DNA of 64,000 nucleotides, taken from assembly GCA_945920215.1 (NCBI GenBank), contig CAMEJM010000005.1, positions 42,798 to 106,797 on the forward strand. Reading direction: 5' to 3'. A program made the translations under genes and the position numbers. Below the pieces are notes generated by a model. The model did not search any database, was not told the DNA's origin, and saw nothing but the letters and a program-made list of their open reading frames with translations. The DNA is from an uncultured bacterium. Lineage in GTDB: Bacteria; Bacillota; Clostridia; Oscillospirales; CAG-272. Positions 38,562 through 49,734 of the stretch are shown here, piece by piece; position 1 is the stretch's first letter, and every line of letters starts with the position of its first letter.

Positions 38562-39893
38562 ATGGCGAAACCGACCGTGGCGATCGTAGGTCGCCCAAAC
38601 GTGGGGAAATCCACGTTGTTCAACAAAATCATCGGAGAGAGACGCGCCATTGTGGAAGATACGCCCGGCGTCACGCGCGACCGTATTTACGGCGAGGCGG
38701 AATGGGGCGGGCGCAGGTTTCATCTCATTGACACGGGCGGGATTGAACCCAAGTCCGACGATATCATTCTGAAGCAGATGCGCCAACAGGCGCAGATCGC
38801 CATCGAGAGCGCCGACGTCATTGTATTCGTGTGCGACGTGCGCGCCGGTCTTGTCGCCGACGACCGCGAGATTGCCGTTATGCTCGGCAAGAGCGGGAAG
38901 CCCGTCATTGTCTGCGTCAATAAGGTGGACAAGATAGGGGAGCTGCCTTTCGAGTACTATGAATTCTATGAACTCGGGCTGAAAGACGATCCCATTCCCC
39001 TCTCCTCTCTGCACGGCACCGGCACCGGCGACCTGCTGGACCGCATTGTTGTCTGCCTGCCGCCCGAAGAGAACGCGGAGGAGGAAGACGACGTCATCCG
39101 CGTCGCCGTCATCGGCAAGCCGAACGCAGGGAAATCCTCCATCATCAACCGTATGCTGGGGGCGAACCGCATGATCGTCTCGAATATTCCCGGCACCACG
39201 CGGGACGCCGTGGACACCTATGTGGAAAACGAATGGGGCAAATTCTGCTTCATCGACACCGCGGGCATCCGGCGCGCCTCCAAGGTGGACGATAAAATCG
39301 AAAAGTACTCGGTGCTCCGCGCCCACATGGCGGTGGACCGCGCCGACGTCTGCCTGATCATGGTGGACGCGAACGAGGGCGTGACCGAGCAGGACGAGCG
39401 CATCGCGGGCATTGCGCATGAGGCGGGCAAAGCCTCCATTATTTGCATGAATAAATGGGATGCGGTTGAAAAGGACAACTCCACCACGGGGGAAGTCACA
39501 AAACAGGTACGCACCGCCCTTGCCTATATGACCTACGCGCCCATTCAGTTCGTCTCCGCCCTGACCGGGCAGAGGGTCAATACCCTCTACGAAATGATTG
39601 TCTCGGTGTACGACCAGGCGCGCCTGCGCGTCACCACCGGCGTACTCAACGATCTGCTCGCGGACGCCACCGCGCGCAACCAACCGCCCTCCGACAAGGG
39701 CAAGCGCCTGAAAATTTACTATATGACCCAGTCGCAGGTGGCGCCCCCGACCTTCGTCATATTCTGCAACAATGCGGAGCTGTTTCATTTTTCCTACCAA
39801 CGCTATCTTGAGAATTGCCTGCGTGAAACCTTCGGCTTCCGCGGCACACCCATCAAACTGATCATCCGTCAGAAAGGCGACAGCGAGGGCTGA
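38562..39893 (+). CDS. der: Ribosome biogenesis GTPase Der
   Basis: Two G domains (GRPNVGKS, GKPNAGKS), KH-like C-terminus. Confidence 0.97.
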   Translation: MAKPTVAIVGRPNVGKSTLFNKIIGERRAIVEDTPGVTRDRIYGEAEWGGRRFHLIDTGGIEPKSDDIILKQMRQQAQIAIESADVIVFVCDVRAGLVADDREIAVMLGKSGKPVIVCVNKVDKIGELPFEYYEFYELGLKDDPIPLSSLHGTGTGDLLDRIVVCLPPEENAEEEDDVIRVAVIGKPNAGKSSIINRMLGANRMIVSNIPGTTRDAVDTYVENEWGKFCFIDTAGIRRASKVDDKIEKYSVLRAHMAVDRADVCLIMVDANEGVTEQDERIAGIAHEAGKASIICMNKWDAVEKDNSTTGEVTKQVRTALAYMTYAPIQFVSALTGQRVNTLYEMIVSVYDQARLRVTTGVLNDLLADATARNQPPSDKGKRLKIYYMTQSQVAPPTFVIFCNNAELFHFSYQRYLENCLRETFGFRGTPIKLIIRQKGDSEG

Positions 39894-39896
39894 CAA

Positions 39897-41183
39897 ATGT
39901 TTATCGATATCGTCACGATTTATGTCAAAGCGGGCGACGGCGGGAACGGCGCCGTCTCCTTTCACCGTGAAAAATACGTCGCTGCGGGCGGTCCCGACGG
40001 CGGGGACGGCGGACGCGGCGGCAATATTGTTTTCCGCGTGGACGAGGGAGCCAACACCCTGCTTGCATTCCGCTATAAGCGCAAGTTCGTCGCCGAAAAC
40101 GGGCAGAACGGCATGGGGCGCAAGTTCCACGGCAAGTCCGGCGAGGACACCGTCATTTTAGTGCCGCCCGGCACGCTCCTGCGCGACCCCACAACGGGAA
40201 AAATCATTTTCGATATGTCCCGCGACCGTGAGTTCGTCGCCTGCCATGGGGGGCGCGGCGGCTGGGGCAACCGTCATTTCGCCACTCCGACCCGTCAGAT
40301 TCCCCGCTTTGCCAAAAGCGGCACCAAAGGGGAGGAGCGGGAAATCCGGCTGGAACTGAAAATGCTGGCGGACGTGGGGCTCATCGGGTTTCCGAACGTC
40401 GGCAAGTCCTCTCTGCTCTCCCGTATCAGCGCCGCGAAGCCGAAAATCGCGGATTATCATTTCACCACCCTGTCTCCCAACCTCGGCGTGGTACCGCTCG
40501 GAGACGGCGGGCGCGGCTTTGTGGTCGCGGACATCCCCGGTCTGATTGAGGGTGCCGCCGAAGGCGCGGGGCTGGGGCACGCGTTTTTGAGGCACATCGA
40601 CCGTTGCCGCCTGTTGCTTCATGTGGTGGATATTTCGGGCAGCGAAGGGCGCGACCCCGTCTCGGATATGGAAATCATCGATCGGGAGCTGACCGATTAC
40701 AGCCCCGTCCTTGCCGACCGACCGCAGATTATGGTTGCCAACAAAGCCGATCTGGCGGACGAAAACTCCCCCGCCGTCCTTGCATTCAAAGAAAAATGCA
40801 ACGCGATGGGGCGCAAGCTCTGCTTTGTCAGCGCCGCCACCGGCGCGGGCGTGCAGGAAATGCTCGCCTGCGTGCGTGAAGCGTTGCGGGAGCTGCCGCC
40901 GATTGCGGAGTACGAGCCGGAAATCACCCCGGAGGACAACGCCGTCTCAAGCGTGGGGTGCGGCATTGAAACGACGGTGCGCCGCGAAAACGGCGTGTGG
41001 TACGTCGAGGGGCAGTGGCTTGAGAACTTCATGGGGCAAATCAACTTCGATGACTACGAGTCCCTGAATTTCTTTCAGCGCGTGCTGGAGAAGAACGGCG
41101 TGTTCCGTCTCCTGCGCGAAAAGGGCGTCTCCGACGGCGATACCGTCAACATCTACGACTACGAGTTTGATTTTGTTCTGTGA
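39897..41183 (+). CDS. obgE: GTPase ObgE
   Basis: Gly-rich Obg fold, GFPNVGKS, DIPGLIEGA, C-terminal OCT domain. Confidence 0.97.
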   Translation: MFIDIVTIYVKAGDGGNGAVSFHREKYVAAGGPDGGDGGRGGNIVFRVDEGANTLLAFRYKRKFVAENGQNGMGRKFHGKSGEDTVILVPPGTLLRDPTTGKIIFDMSRDREFVACHGGRGGWGNRHFATPTRQIPRFAKSGTKGEEREIRLELKMLADVGLIGFPNVGKSSLLSRISAAKPKIADYHFTTLSPNLGVVPLGDGGRGFVVADIPGLIEGAAEGAGLGHAFLRHIDRCRLLLHVVDISGSEGRDPVSDMEIIDRELTDYSPVLADRPQIMVANKADLADENSPAVLAFKEKCNAMGRKLCFVSAATGAGVQEMLACVREALRELPPIAEYEPEITPEDNAVSSVGCGIETTVRRENGVWYVEGQWLENFMGQINFDDYESLNFFQRVLEKNGVFRLLREKGVSDGDTVNIYDYEFDFVL

Positions 41184-41447
41184 CGCGATTGCGGAATGCA
41201 GTCCGGGGCGGCGACTCCGCTCCGGACTGTTTTTGAAACGCACGATATTTCCTTTGCCAAAAAGGCACGGTTTTTCAGCGCGGAGCCGGCGTTTTACGCT
41301 CCGCCTTCTATTCTTCTCGCCTCTTTTTCTCCATGCGGCGCTTACCGCGCCGTTTCCGTCTTTTTTTGCCTTCCCTCTTTACAAAATATAGAATAAGTGA
41401 TAAAATAATATAATCCAGGAAGTTCGGAATAACGGAGGTTCCATGAC

Positions 41448-41909
41448 ATGAAATGTCCTGCCTGCGGCGCCCATGACAGCCGCGTTCTCGACAGCCGTCC
41501 GCAAGAAGAATACTCCACCATCAAGCGCCGCCGCGAATGTACAAGCTGCGGCAAGCGCTTCACCACCTACGAAATGATTGAGACGGTCCCTCTCTTCGTC
41601 ATCAAAAAAGACGGCGTGCGCCGGGAACCGTTCGACCGTCACAAACTGCAATCCGGTATCATGAAAGCGTGTCAGAAGCGCCCTGTCGACGTCGAAGCGC
41701 TGACCACCGATATCGAAAACGAGCTTGCCAATTCTCTCGAAAGCGAAGTGACCTCCGAGAAGCTCGGGGAGATGGTCATGGAGCGCCTGCGCAAGGCAGA
41801 CGAAGTCTCCTACGTCCGCTTTGCTTCGGTGTACCGCGAATTCCGCGACGTGGATACCTTTTTGGCAGAACTCAAAAGCCTTGTCAAGGGGAAGAAGCAA
41901 AACAAATGA
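41448..41909 (+). CDS. nrdR: Transcriptional repressor NrdR
   Basis: MKCPAC..RRRECTSCGKRFTTYE, ATP cone, YVRFASVYREF. Confidence 0.97.
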   Translation: MKCPACGAHDSRVLDSRPQEEYSTIKRRRECTSCGKRFTTYEMIETVPLFVIKKDGVRREPFDRHKLQSGIMKACQKRPVDVEALTTDIENELANSLESEVTSEKLGEMVMERLRKADEVSYVRFASVYREFRDVDTFLAELKSLVKGKKQNK

Positions 41910-42793
41910 TACAGAGCATGACAGCCTACGGGCGTGCCAAAAAGGCATTTCCCGACTACAATATCACCGTCGAAATGAAATCGGTCAACAGCCGTTACTT
42001 CGACTGTACGGTGCGTCTCCCCCGCGCCTATTCCTATCTGGAGGAAAAGGTCAAAGCCTATGTGCAGAACCATGTGATTGCCCGCGGAAAGGTGGAAATC
42101 AGCGTCGGTTGTGAGAGGGTAGCGGAGAGCGAGGGGCAGATCCACGTCAATCCCGCTTATGCCGCCGCATACATCGCCGCTCTGAAAGAATTGCGGGACG
42201 CCTTTTCGCTCCCGGACGACATTACCGTAACGCGGGTGGCACGCAACCCCGACGTCTTTACCTGCGAAGCGCAGGAGGAGGACCCCGAAGCGGCGTGGGC
42301 GCGCGTATCCGAGGTGCTTCGGGAAGCCGGAGAGAGCTTCGGCGCCATGCGGCGCGCGGAGGGTGAGAAAACCGAAGCCGATATCACCGAAAAGCTCGCG
42401 CACGTTGCGGCATGGGCAGACGAGGTGGAGGACATCTCCCGCCGGGATACCGTGGGGTACCGCGACAAGTTGGAGGCAAGGCTGCGCGCGATTTTAGACG
42501 ACAACAGCATTGCGATCGACGAAAACCGCCTGCTGACCGAATGCGCCATTTGGGCGGATAAAATCGCCATCGATGAAGAACTCGCCCGCCTGCGCTCCCA
42601 TTTCGGTGCGTTCCGCGACATCTGCGCAGAGCCCGCGCCCTCCGGCAAGAAGCTCGACTTTCTCATGCAGGAGCTGAACCGTGAGACCAACACCATCGGC
42701 TCCAAGGCAAACAACGCATCCATCGCCCGTTTGGTCGTCAACATGAAAAACGAACTGGAAAAGATCCGCGAACAGGTGCAGAACATCGAGTAA
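41906..42793 (+). CDS. yicC: YicC/YloC family endoribonuclease
   Basis: [48 protein letters not shown]; ATGA overlap with nrdR. Confidence 0.93.
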   Translation: MIQSMTAYGRAKKAFPDYNITVEMKSVNSRYFDCTVRLPRAYSYLEEKVKAYVQNHVIARGKVEISVGCERVAESEGQIHVNPAYAAAYIAALKELRDAFSLPDDITVTRVARNPDVFTCEAQEEDPEAAWARVSEVLREAGESFGAMRRAEGEKTEADITEKLAHVAAWADEVEDISRRDTVGYRDKLEARLRAILDDNSIAIDENRLLTECAIWADKIAIDEELARLRSHFGAFRDICAEPAPSGKKLDFLMQELNRETNTIGSKANNASIARLVVNMKNELEKIREQVQNIE

Positions 42794-42843
42794 CCGCGGT
42801 CGCAGTCGCTGATTTTTTAATCGATAAACAGAGGTTATCTCCC

Positions 42844-43110
42844 ATGAAACTCATGAACATCGGATTCGGCAATATGGTGTCCTGCGAACGTATTGTCGCC
42901 ATCACCAGCCCCGATTCCGCCCCCATCAAGCGCCTTGTGCAGGACGCCAAAGAGGCAGGGCGCGTCATAGACGCCTCCTGCGGCCGCCGTACCCGCGCGG
43001 TCATCATCATGGATTCCGACCATGTGGTGCTCTCCGCCATTCAGACGGAGACACTCTCCAACCGTCTTGACAGCGACAGCGAGGACGAGGAGGAGATCGA
43101 GCAGGCGTAA
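42844..43110 (+). CDS. remA: RemA/DUF370 family regulator
   Basis: [35 protein letters not shown]. Confidence 0.9.
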   Translation: MKLMNIGFGNMVSCERIVAITSPDSAPIKRLVQDAKEAGRVIDASCGRRTRAVIIMDSDHVVLSAIQTETLSNRLDSDSEDEEEIEQA

Positions 43111-43204
43111 CCCGCCTCTCCAGTCCGTACCCGCCCAAAGGCGGCAGACCAATGCAAAATCACAAATTAAATTCAGATACAGATATTTGATAAGGAGTAG
43201 TACC

Positions 43205-43477
43205 ATGATTCACCCTACCTGTGATGAACTGACCCACGGCAACTTCAACCGTTATGAGCTGGTCATTGCCATTGCCAAAAGTGCGCGCCTCGTCACCGAC
43301 GAATATGTGGCGCAGCGCAACCGCGCGCAGAAGATGATTGACGACCGGCAGACCGAGCATACGCTGGCACAGCTCATCTCTCCCGAATACCGCGATCAGA
43401 AAGCGGTCAAAATCGCCATTCATCGTCTGGAGGACGGCGAATACAAGATCGTCCGCCGCAGCGACGACGAAGAATAA
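43205..43477 (+). CDS. rpoZ: RNA polymerase omega subunit
   Basis: MIHP...NRYELVIAIAKSAR...KAVKIAI; position before priA. Confidence 0.82.
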   Translation: MIHPTCDELTHGNFNRYELVIAIAKSARLVTDEYVAQRNRAQKMIDDRQTEHTLAQLISPEYRDQKAVKIAIHRLEDGEYKIVRRSDDEE

Positions 43478-43516
43478 TTCTGACTCGTAAAATCCCCGAA
43501 AGGAGCGTCCGCACCG

Positions 43517-45748
43517 ATGGAAAGCGTTATCAGCGTCCGCGTGTTGGACGCGCCTTTTCATATTGACAAAGACTTCGATTACGATCTGCCACCGCATATC
43601 GGCGCCTGTCCGCGCGGCACGTTGGTGCGTGTTCCGTTCTGCGGCGGCAACCGGCTTTCCTGGGGGGTCGTCACCGGAGAGGGGGACCCGGGCGCCGACG
43701 TCAGGCGCAAATCCGTGATTTCCAAACTGGACGACCGCTTTGCGCTCGATGAGGAAATGCTGGGCTTGTGCCGCTTCCTCTGCGACTATTATCTGTGCAG
43801 CTTCGGAGACGCGGTGCGGTGTATTCTGCCGCCCGCCCTGCTTTCGGCGCACGGGCTGAATATCCGCTACACCTATCTGTGCGCTCTGACCGCGTCCGCC
43901 CCGTCGGATGCCGCCTCTCTGCGCAGCCCAGCCCACCGCGCCATCCTCGCCTACCTCGCCGCGCACGGAGAAACCCCGCGGGAAGACCTTTGCCGCGAAC
44001 TGAACGTCACTTCCGCGCAGATCAAAGCCCTCTGCGAAAAGGGATATGTCGCCCTGCGGCGGCAGGAGGAGTTACGCAACCCATACGCGCAGTACGCGGA
44101 AGCCCGCGACGCCTCCCCCATTCACCTCTCCCGCGCCCAGACCGCGGCGTACGATCAAATCGCCGCGCTGTATGACGCGCACACGCCGCGCGCCGCGCTT
44201 CTTCACGGCGTCACCGGCTCCGGCAAAACCAAAATCATGCTGTCGCTGATCGACCGCGTGCTCGCCGATGGACGGGGCGTGATTCTGATGGTGCCGGAGA
44301 TTGCCCTCACCCCGCAAACGGTGCATATTTTCTGCGCCAGATACGGAGAGCGGGTGGCGGTCATTCACTCCTCACTGTCCGCCGGGGAACGCTTTGACGC
44401 GTGGCGCCGCATTTCCTCCGGGCAGGTGGATCTGGTCATCGGTACCCGCAGCGCGGTGTTTGCCCCGCTGAAGAATCTGGGACTTATGATCGTGGACGAG
44501 GAGCACGAGCATACCTATAAATCCGAGCAGGACCCCAAGTACCACACCCGACAGATCTGTTCCTATCGCGCGGGCGTACACAACGCCCTTGTCCTGCTTG
44601 CCTCCGCCACACCGTCTTTTGAAAGCTATTACAAGGCGAAAAAAGGGCAGTACACGCTGGTGGAGCTCAAAGAGCGCTTCGGCGGCGCCAAGCTGCCGGA
44701 AGCGGAGATCGTGGATATGCGCGAGGAGCTGCGGGCGGGAAATCTCTCTCCCATGAGCCGTACTTTGTTTTCGGCTTTGGAGGAAACCGGGGAGCGCGGA
44801 GAACAGGCAATCCTGTTCCTGAACCGCCGCGGCTACAACGCCTCCCTGCAATGCAAGAACTGCGGCGAGGTCCTCGCCTGTCCGCACTGCTCGGTGGCGC
44901 TGACCTACCACACCACCCCCTCCCCGCGCCTCATGTGTCACCTGTGCGGCTATCGCGCCGCCCCGCCGCGCGTCTGCCCCTCCTGCGCCTCACCCCATAT
45001 TTCTTACGTCGGCTTCGGCACGCAGAAGGTGGAAACCGAACTGTCCGCGCAGCTGCCGGAGATGCGCGTGTTGCGCATGGACGCCGATACCACCGGCACC
45101 AAGCAGGCGTATGACACCATGCTGGACGGCTTCCGCCGGGGAGAAGCGGACATTCTTCTCGGCACCCAAATGGTCACCAAGGGACATGATTTCCCCCGCG
45201 TGACGCTGGTGGGCGTGCTGCTTGCCGACATGGGTATGTACGTCAACGATTTCCGCGCCTCGGAGCGCACATTCTCCCTGCTCACCCAGGTCATCGGGCG
45301 CGCGGGCAGAGCCGAAGCGGCAGGGCGCGCGGTGATTCAGACATTCTCCCCGACAAACGAAGTCATCGAACTTGCCAAGCGGCAGGACTACTGCGCGTTT
45401 TACAACTCGGAAATCCAACTGCGCGAAAAAATGTGCTTCCCGCCGTTCTGCGATATGGTGCAGCTCACGCTGACCTCCCCCAAAGAGAAAAACCTGTTTG
45501 AAGCCGCGAAGCGCTGCGCCGATATGGCGGTTGCCCAAGCGGAGGGAGACTTCAGCGACGTGCCTCTCCAGATGTTCGGACCCATGGAGGCACAGGTCTA
45601 TAAGCAAGCCGAGCAATACCGCCTGCGCCTGATGTTCAAGTGCCGGTGGAACGCACGCACGCGGGAGCTGTTCCGCCTCCTGCTCACCGAGGCGCCCTCC
45701 GACCGCTCGGTCACCGTCACCGTGGACATCAATCCGCTGCATTCATAA
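43517..45748 (+). CDS. priA: Primosomal protein N'
   Basis: [22 protein letters not shown], four CxxC pairs, GTQMVTKGHDF, QVIGRAGR. Confidence 0.97.
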   Translation: MESVISVRVLDAPFHIDKDFDYDLPPHIGACPRGTLVRVPFCGGNRLSWGVVTGEGDPGADVRRKSVISKLDDRFALDEEMLGLCRFLCDYYLCSFGDAVRCILPPALLSAHGLNIRYTYLCALTASAPSDAASLRSPAHRAILAYLAAHGETPREDLCRELNVTSAQIKALCEKGYVALRRQEELRNPYAQYAEARDASPIHLSRAQTAAYDQIAALYDAHTPRAALLHGVTGSGKTKIMLSLIDRVLADGRGVILMVPEIALTPQTVHIFCARYGERVAVIHSSLSAGERFDAWRRISSGQVDLVIGTRSAVFAPLKNLGLMIVDEEHEHTYKSEQDPKYHTRQICSYRAGVHNALVLLASATPSFESYYKAKKGQYTLVELKERFGGAKLPEAEIVDMREELRAGNLSPMSRTLFSALEETGERGEQAILFLNRRGYNASLQCKNCGEVLACPHCSVALTYHTTPSPRLMCHLCGYRAAPPRVCPSCASPHISYVGFGTQKVETELSAQLPEMRVLRMDADTTGTKQAYDTMLDGFRRGEADILLGTQMVTKGHDFPRVTLVGVLLADMGMYVNDFRASERTFSLLTQVIGRAGRAEAAGRAVIQTFSPTNEVIELAKRQDYCAFYNSEIQLREKMCFPPFCDMVQLTLTSPKEKNLFEAAKRCADMAVAQAEGDFSDVPLQMFGPMEAQVYKQAEQYRLRLMFKCRWNARTRELFRLLLTEAPSDRSVTVTVDINPLHS

Positions 45749-45860
45749 TTCATAAAACTTACCCGCAATTCCGTCCTTTGTTGCCGCGAAACGGCGCGGA
45801 GCCGCATATTTCCGCCGCCGCACGGCAATTCTGCCGCAACCGTGAAAAGGAGATAAAGAT

Positions 45861-46322
45861 ATGGCACTTCTGAAAATCGTCAAGGAGGGCGACCCGCTGC
45901 TGCGGAAAACCAGCCGCCCCGTGGAACAGATCACCCCCCGCATTCTGCAACTGCTGGACGACATGACCGATACCATGCGCCATGCCAACGGCGTGGGGCT
46001 CGCCGCCGTACAGGTGGGCGTTCTGCGCCGCGTCGTCGTGATTGAAGTCGAGGAGGGCAACGTGCTCGAACTGATTAACCCCCGCATTGTTGCATTCTCG
46101 GGAGAACAGCATGAGCGGGAGGGATGTCTCTCCCTGCCTCATAAATGGGGGATTACCAACCGCCCCCGCGCCGTGGTTGTGCGCGCGCTCAACCGTGCGG
46201 GAGAAGAGGTGGAATACCGCGGCGAGGATTTGCTTGCCCGCGCCTTCTGCCATGAACTCGACCATCTCGACGGCAAACTGTTCACCGACGTGCTGATAGG
46301 CGACGTGGAGTACGAACGATGA
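45861..46322 (+). CDS. def: Peptide deformylase
   Basis: GVGLAAVQ, EGCLS, HELDHLDG. Confidence 0.97.
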   Translation: MALLKIVKEGDPLLRKTSRPVEQITPRILQLLDDMTDTMRHANGVGLAAVQVGVLRRVVVIEVEEGNVLELINPRIVAFSGEQHEREGCLSLPHKWGITNRPRAVVVRALNRAGEEVEYRGEDLLARAFCHELDHLDGKLFTDVLIGDVEYER

Positions 46323-47257
46323 GAATCCTGTTTATGGGCACCCCGGAAATTGCCGCGACCTGCCTTTCCTCTCTCATTGACGCGGGCTTTGACGTCATCG
46401 GCGCCGTCAGCCAGCCGGACAAGCCGCGCGGCAGGGGCTATACCCTGACGCCGCCCCCCGTCAAGGTGCTTGCGGCGGAACACGGTATCCCGGTCTACCA
46501 ACCCGAAAAGATCCGTACCCCGGAGTTTGAGAAACTGCTCTCGGACCTATCGCCCGACCTGATCGTCGTGGTGGCGTACGGTAAGATTCTGCCGCCTTTT
46601 GTCATTCACAGCCCACGCTTTGGCTGTATCAACGTCCATGTTTCCCTCTTGCCGCGCTGGCGCGGCGCCGCCCCCATGCAGCGTGCCGTCATGGCGGGAG
46701 ATAAGGAGACCGGCGTGACGGTTATGTATATGGACGAGGGGCTCGACACGGGCGATATCATCCGCGCGCAGGCGTTCCCGATCGGTCCGCACGATACCTT
46801 TGAAACCGTGCATGACCGCAGCGCCGCCCTCGGCGCCGAAATGCTGCCGCAGGTCATCCGCGAAATCGAAGCGGGGACCGCGCCGCGCGTAAAACAGGAC
46901 GACAGCGCCGCGACCTACGCCGCGAAAATCGAGAAAGAGGAATGCGAGATCGACTTTTCCCTGCCCGCCGCGCGGCTCGACTGCATTCTGCGGGGCTTGA
47001 CCCCCATCCCGCTGCCCTATACCCATTTGCCGAACGGAAAGCTGTGCAAAGTGCTCTCCGCCCACCCCGTGAACGGTGCGGGGACTCCCGGGACGGTGCT
47101 TGCGCTTGACGGCGAGGGCATGGGCGGCATTACCGTTGCCTGCGGGGAGGGCGCGCTCTGCGTCACCGCCCTGCGCCCCGAGGGCAAAGGCAACATGAGC
47201 GCCGCCGACTTCATCCGCGGCAGACAAATCAAGGTCGGCGAAAGGCTCGGCAAATGA
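46319..47257 (+). CDS. fmt: Methionyl-tRNA formyltransferase
   Basis: FMGTPE, QPDKPRGRG, NVHVSLLPRWRGAAP, MDEGLDTG. Confidence 0.97.
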   Translation: MRILFMGTPEIAATCLSSLIDAGFDVIGAVSQPDKPRGRGYTLTPPPVKVLAAEHGIPVYQPEKIRTPEFEKLLSDLSPDLIVVVAYGKILPPFVIHSPRFGCINVHVSLLPRWRGAAPMQRAVMAGDKETGVTVMYMDEGLDTGDIIRAQAFPIGPHDTFETVHDRSAALGAEMLPQVIREIEAGTAPRVKQDDSAATYAAKIEKEECEIDFSLPAARLDCILRGLTPIPLPYTHLPNGKLCKVLSAHPVNGAGTPGTVLALDGEGMGGITVACGEGALCVTALRPEGKGNMSAADFIRGRQIKVGERLGK

Positions 47258-48552
47258 ACCTCCGCCGCCTTGCACTGGATCTGCTTGCCCGCTGGGATGA
47301 GGGAGACGTCTATATCAATCTGGCGGTAGGCCGCGCCTGCGAAGCCCTGCCGGACAGCGAGCGCCGCACTCTGACCGCCCTGCTGTACGGCACGGTGGAA
47401 AAATGTATCACGCTGGATTATTTCATCGGTACCCTTGCCAAACGCGGCGACGTCGACCCCTACACCCGCAACCTGCTGCGGCTGGGGCTGTATGAGGTGC
47501 TGTATATGCGCACCCCGGCGCACGCCGCCGTCAACGAGACTGTCAAGCTCGCCCGCAACCGCGGCGAAGCGGGCTTTGTCAACGGAATTCTGAGAGCCGC
47601 AGCGCGCGCGCCGCAGACCCTGACGCCGCCGCCCAGGGAAAAGAACCCCGCGCGCTATCTCTCGGTTGCCTATTCGGTTCCTCTGAAGCTTGTACGGCTC
47701 CTCGTGGAAGCCCTCGGAGAGCAAACCGAAGCGTTCTTACAAGCTGTCACAACCCCCTCCGGCATGACCCTGCATATCAATACCACGCAGATCAGCCGTG
47801 AGGAATACCTTGCCGCGCTAAAAGACCGCGGCATTGAGGCGCACCTCACGCCGTATGCCCCGCGCGGGGTCATTCTCGCGCGCTCCTACCCGCCGCGGGA
47901 ATTGCCGGGCTTTGAGGAGGGCTGGTTCTTTGTGCAGGACGAAGCCTCTCAGGTCGCGGTCTCTGCTCTGGCTCCCGCGCCGCATACCCGCGTGCTTGAT
48001 CTCTGCGCCTGCCCGGGCGGCAAGTCCTTCGGCTGCGCCGTCGCCATGGGCGATACGGGCGAGGTGCGCGCCTTTGACCTGCACGCCTCCAAACTGTCTT
48101 TGATAAAAGACGGCGCCGCGCGCCTGAAGCTGCGCAGCGTCACGGCGGAAGAGCAGGACGCCGCACACCCGTCTCCCGCACTTGCCGGGCAGGGGGAGTA
48201 CGTGCTGTGCGACGTCCCCTGTTCGGGGCTCGGCGTGCTTTCCAAGAAAGCGGATTTGCGCTACCGCGACACGGAGGGGATCGCCGCTTTGCCGCCCCTC
48301 CAGCTCTCCATTCTGTCTGCGGGCGCCGCTTGCCTTGCGCCGGGAGGAACCCTGCTGTATTCCACCTGCACGGTCAATCCCAAGGAAAACGAGGGGGTGA
48401 CCGACGCCTTTCTTGCCTCCCACCCCGACTTTGCCTACGTCCCGTTTGAAGTAGGCTCCCTGCGCGCCCCCGAGGGGCGCCTGACCCTGCTTCCGCACAT
48501 TCACCACACCGACGGCTTTTATATTGCCAAACTGAAAAGGAGAGTACCTTGA
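47254..48552 (+). CDS. rsmB: 16S rRNA m5C967 methyltransferase
   Basis: NusB-like N-terminus, VQDEAS, DLCACPGGKS, DVPCSGLG, YSTCT. Confidence 0.92.
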   Translation: MNLRRLALDLLARWDEGDVYINLAVGRACEALPDSERRTLTALLYGTVEKCITLDYFIGTLAKRGDVDPYTRNLLRLGLYEVLYMRTPAHAAVNETVKLARNRGEAGFVNGILRAAARAPQTLTPPPREKNPARYLSVAYSVPLKLVRLLVEALGEQTEAFLQAVTTPSGMTLHINTTQISREEYLAALKDRGIEAHLTPYAPRGVILARSYPPRELPGFEEGWFFVQDEASQVAVSALAPAPHTRVLDLCACPGGKSFGCAVAMGDTGEVRAFDLHASKLSLIKDGAARLKLRSVTAEEQDAAHPSPALAGQGEYVLCDVPCSGLGVLSKKADLRYRDTEGIAALPPLQLSILSAGAACLAPGGTLLYSTCTVNPKENEGVTDAFLASHPDFAYVPFEVGSLRAPEGRLTLLPHIHHTDGFYIAKLKRRVP

Positions 48553-49673
48553 CCGACATTCTGTCCATGACGCCGCAGGAACTTGAGGCGTTTCTCACGG
48601 CGGCGGGGCAACCCCGCTTCCGCGCCAAGCAGGTTTTTGCGTGGCTGCACCGCGGCACTCCCTTTTCCGGGATGACCAATCTGCCCGCCTCCCTGCGGGA
48701 ATATCTTGAAGCCCATTGCGAATGGCGCGTGCCGGAGATTGCCTGCAAACAGGTCAGCGCGCTCGACGGCACCGAAAAGTACCTGTTCCGTCTCATCGAC
48801 GGCAACTGTATTGAAAGCGTTCTGATGCGCTATAAACACGGCAACACGCTGTGTATCTCCAGCGAAGTCGGCTGCCCCATGGGGTGCCGCTTCTGCGCCT
48901 CTACCATCGGCGGCAAGGTGCGCAATCTGACCCCCTCCGAAATGCTGGGGCAGATCATCGCCGCCGAGCGCAGCACCGGGGAGCGCGTGGACAACGTGGT
49001 GATGATGGGCATCGGGGAGCCGCTCGACAACTATGACAACGTGATCCGCTTCCTGCGCCTTGTCAATCACCCGGACGGGCTGAACATCGGCTACCGCCAT
49101 ATCTCGCTTTCCACCTGCGGTCTTGCCGACCGTATCCGCGACTTGGCAAAGGAGGATCTGCCCATTACCCTGTCGGTGTCCCTGCACGCCGCCACCGACG
49201 AGGCGCGCTCCGCCATCATGCCGGTCAACCGCCGCTATCCGATTGCCGCGCTGCTCTCGGCGTGCGCGGATTACTACGCCGCCACCGGGCGCCGCATTTC
49301 CTTTGAATATACCCTGCTCGCAGGGCAGAATGACTCCCCTGCAGACGCCCGCAGGCTGGCTTCCCTTTTGCGGGGCGCCTTTTCCGGGCGTGACTTCGGG
49401 AAAAGCGCACCCATCCACGTCAACCTGATCCGCGTCAACGAGGTCAGCGAGACCCCGTTCCGCCACGGCACCGAGGAAAGCGTGCGCCGCTTCGCAGAGG
49501 AGCTGGAAAAGCACGGCGTGACCGCCACGCTCCGCCGCCGCCTCGGCGCGGATATTGACGCCGCCTGCGGGCAACTCCGCAAAAAGCACGCGGACGCGCA
49601 ACAGGCGCCCGCAGCCAAGGGAGAGCCGAAGCCAAAAGAGCCCGAAGAAACAGAACCCGCCGCAGAGGAATAA
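48549..49673 (+). CDS. rlmN: 23S rRNA m2A2503 methyltransferase
   Basis: CISSEVGCPMGCRFC, MGIGEP, SLHA, DIDAACGQL. Confidence 0.96.
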   Translation: MTDILSMTPQELEAFLTAAGQPRFRAKQVFAWLHRGTPFSGMTNLPASLREYLEAHCEWRVPEIACKQVSALDGTEKYLFRLIDGNCIESVLMRYKHGNTLCISSEVGCPMGCRFCASTIGGKVRNLTPSEMLGQIIAAERSTGERVDNVVMMGIGEPLDNYDNVIRFLRLVNHPDGLNIGYRHISLSTCGLADRIRDLAKEDLPITLSVSLHAATDEARSAIMPVNRRYPIAALLSACADYYAATGRRISFEYTLLAGQNDSPADARRLASLLRGAFSGRDFGKSAPIHVNLIRVNEVSETPFRHGTEESVRRFAEELEKHGVTATLRRRLGADIDAACGQLRKKHADAQQAPAAKGEPKPKEPEETEPAAEE

Positions 49674-49734
49674 TCCCGCGCGGCGCCCGCGCGCGCACCA
49701 AAAAACACGCATAGGAGAGAAAACCGAAACGCAT

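Noticed and set aside
43111-43204. Possible gmk remnant between remA and rpoZ
   Set aside because: The short ORF MQNHKLNSDTDI shows no recognisable guanylate kinase motif.
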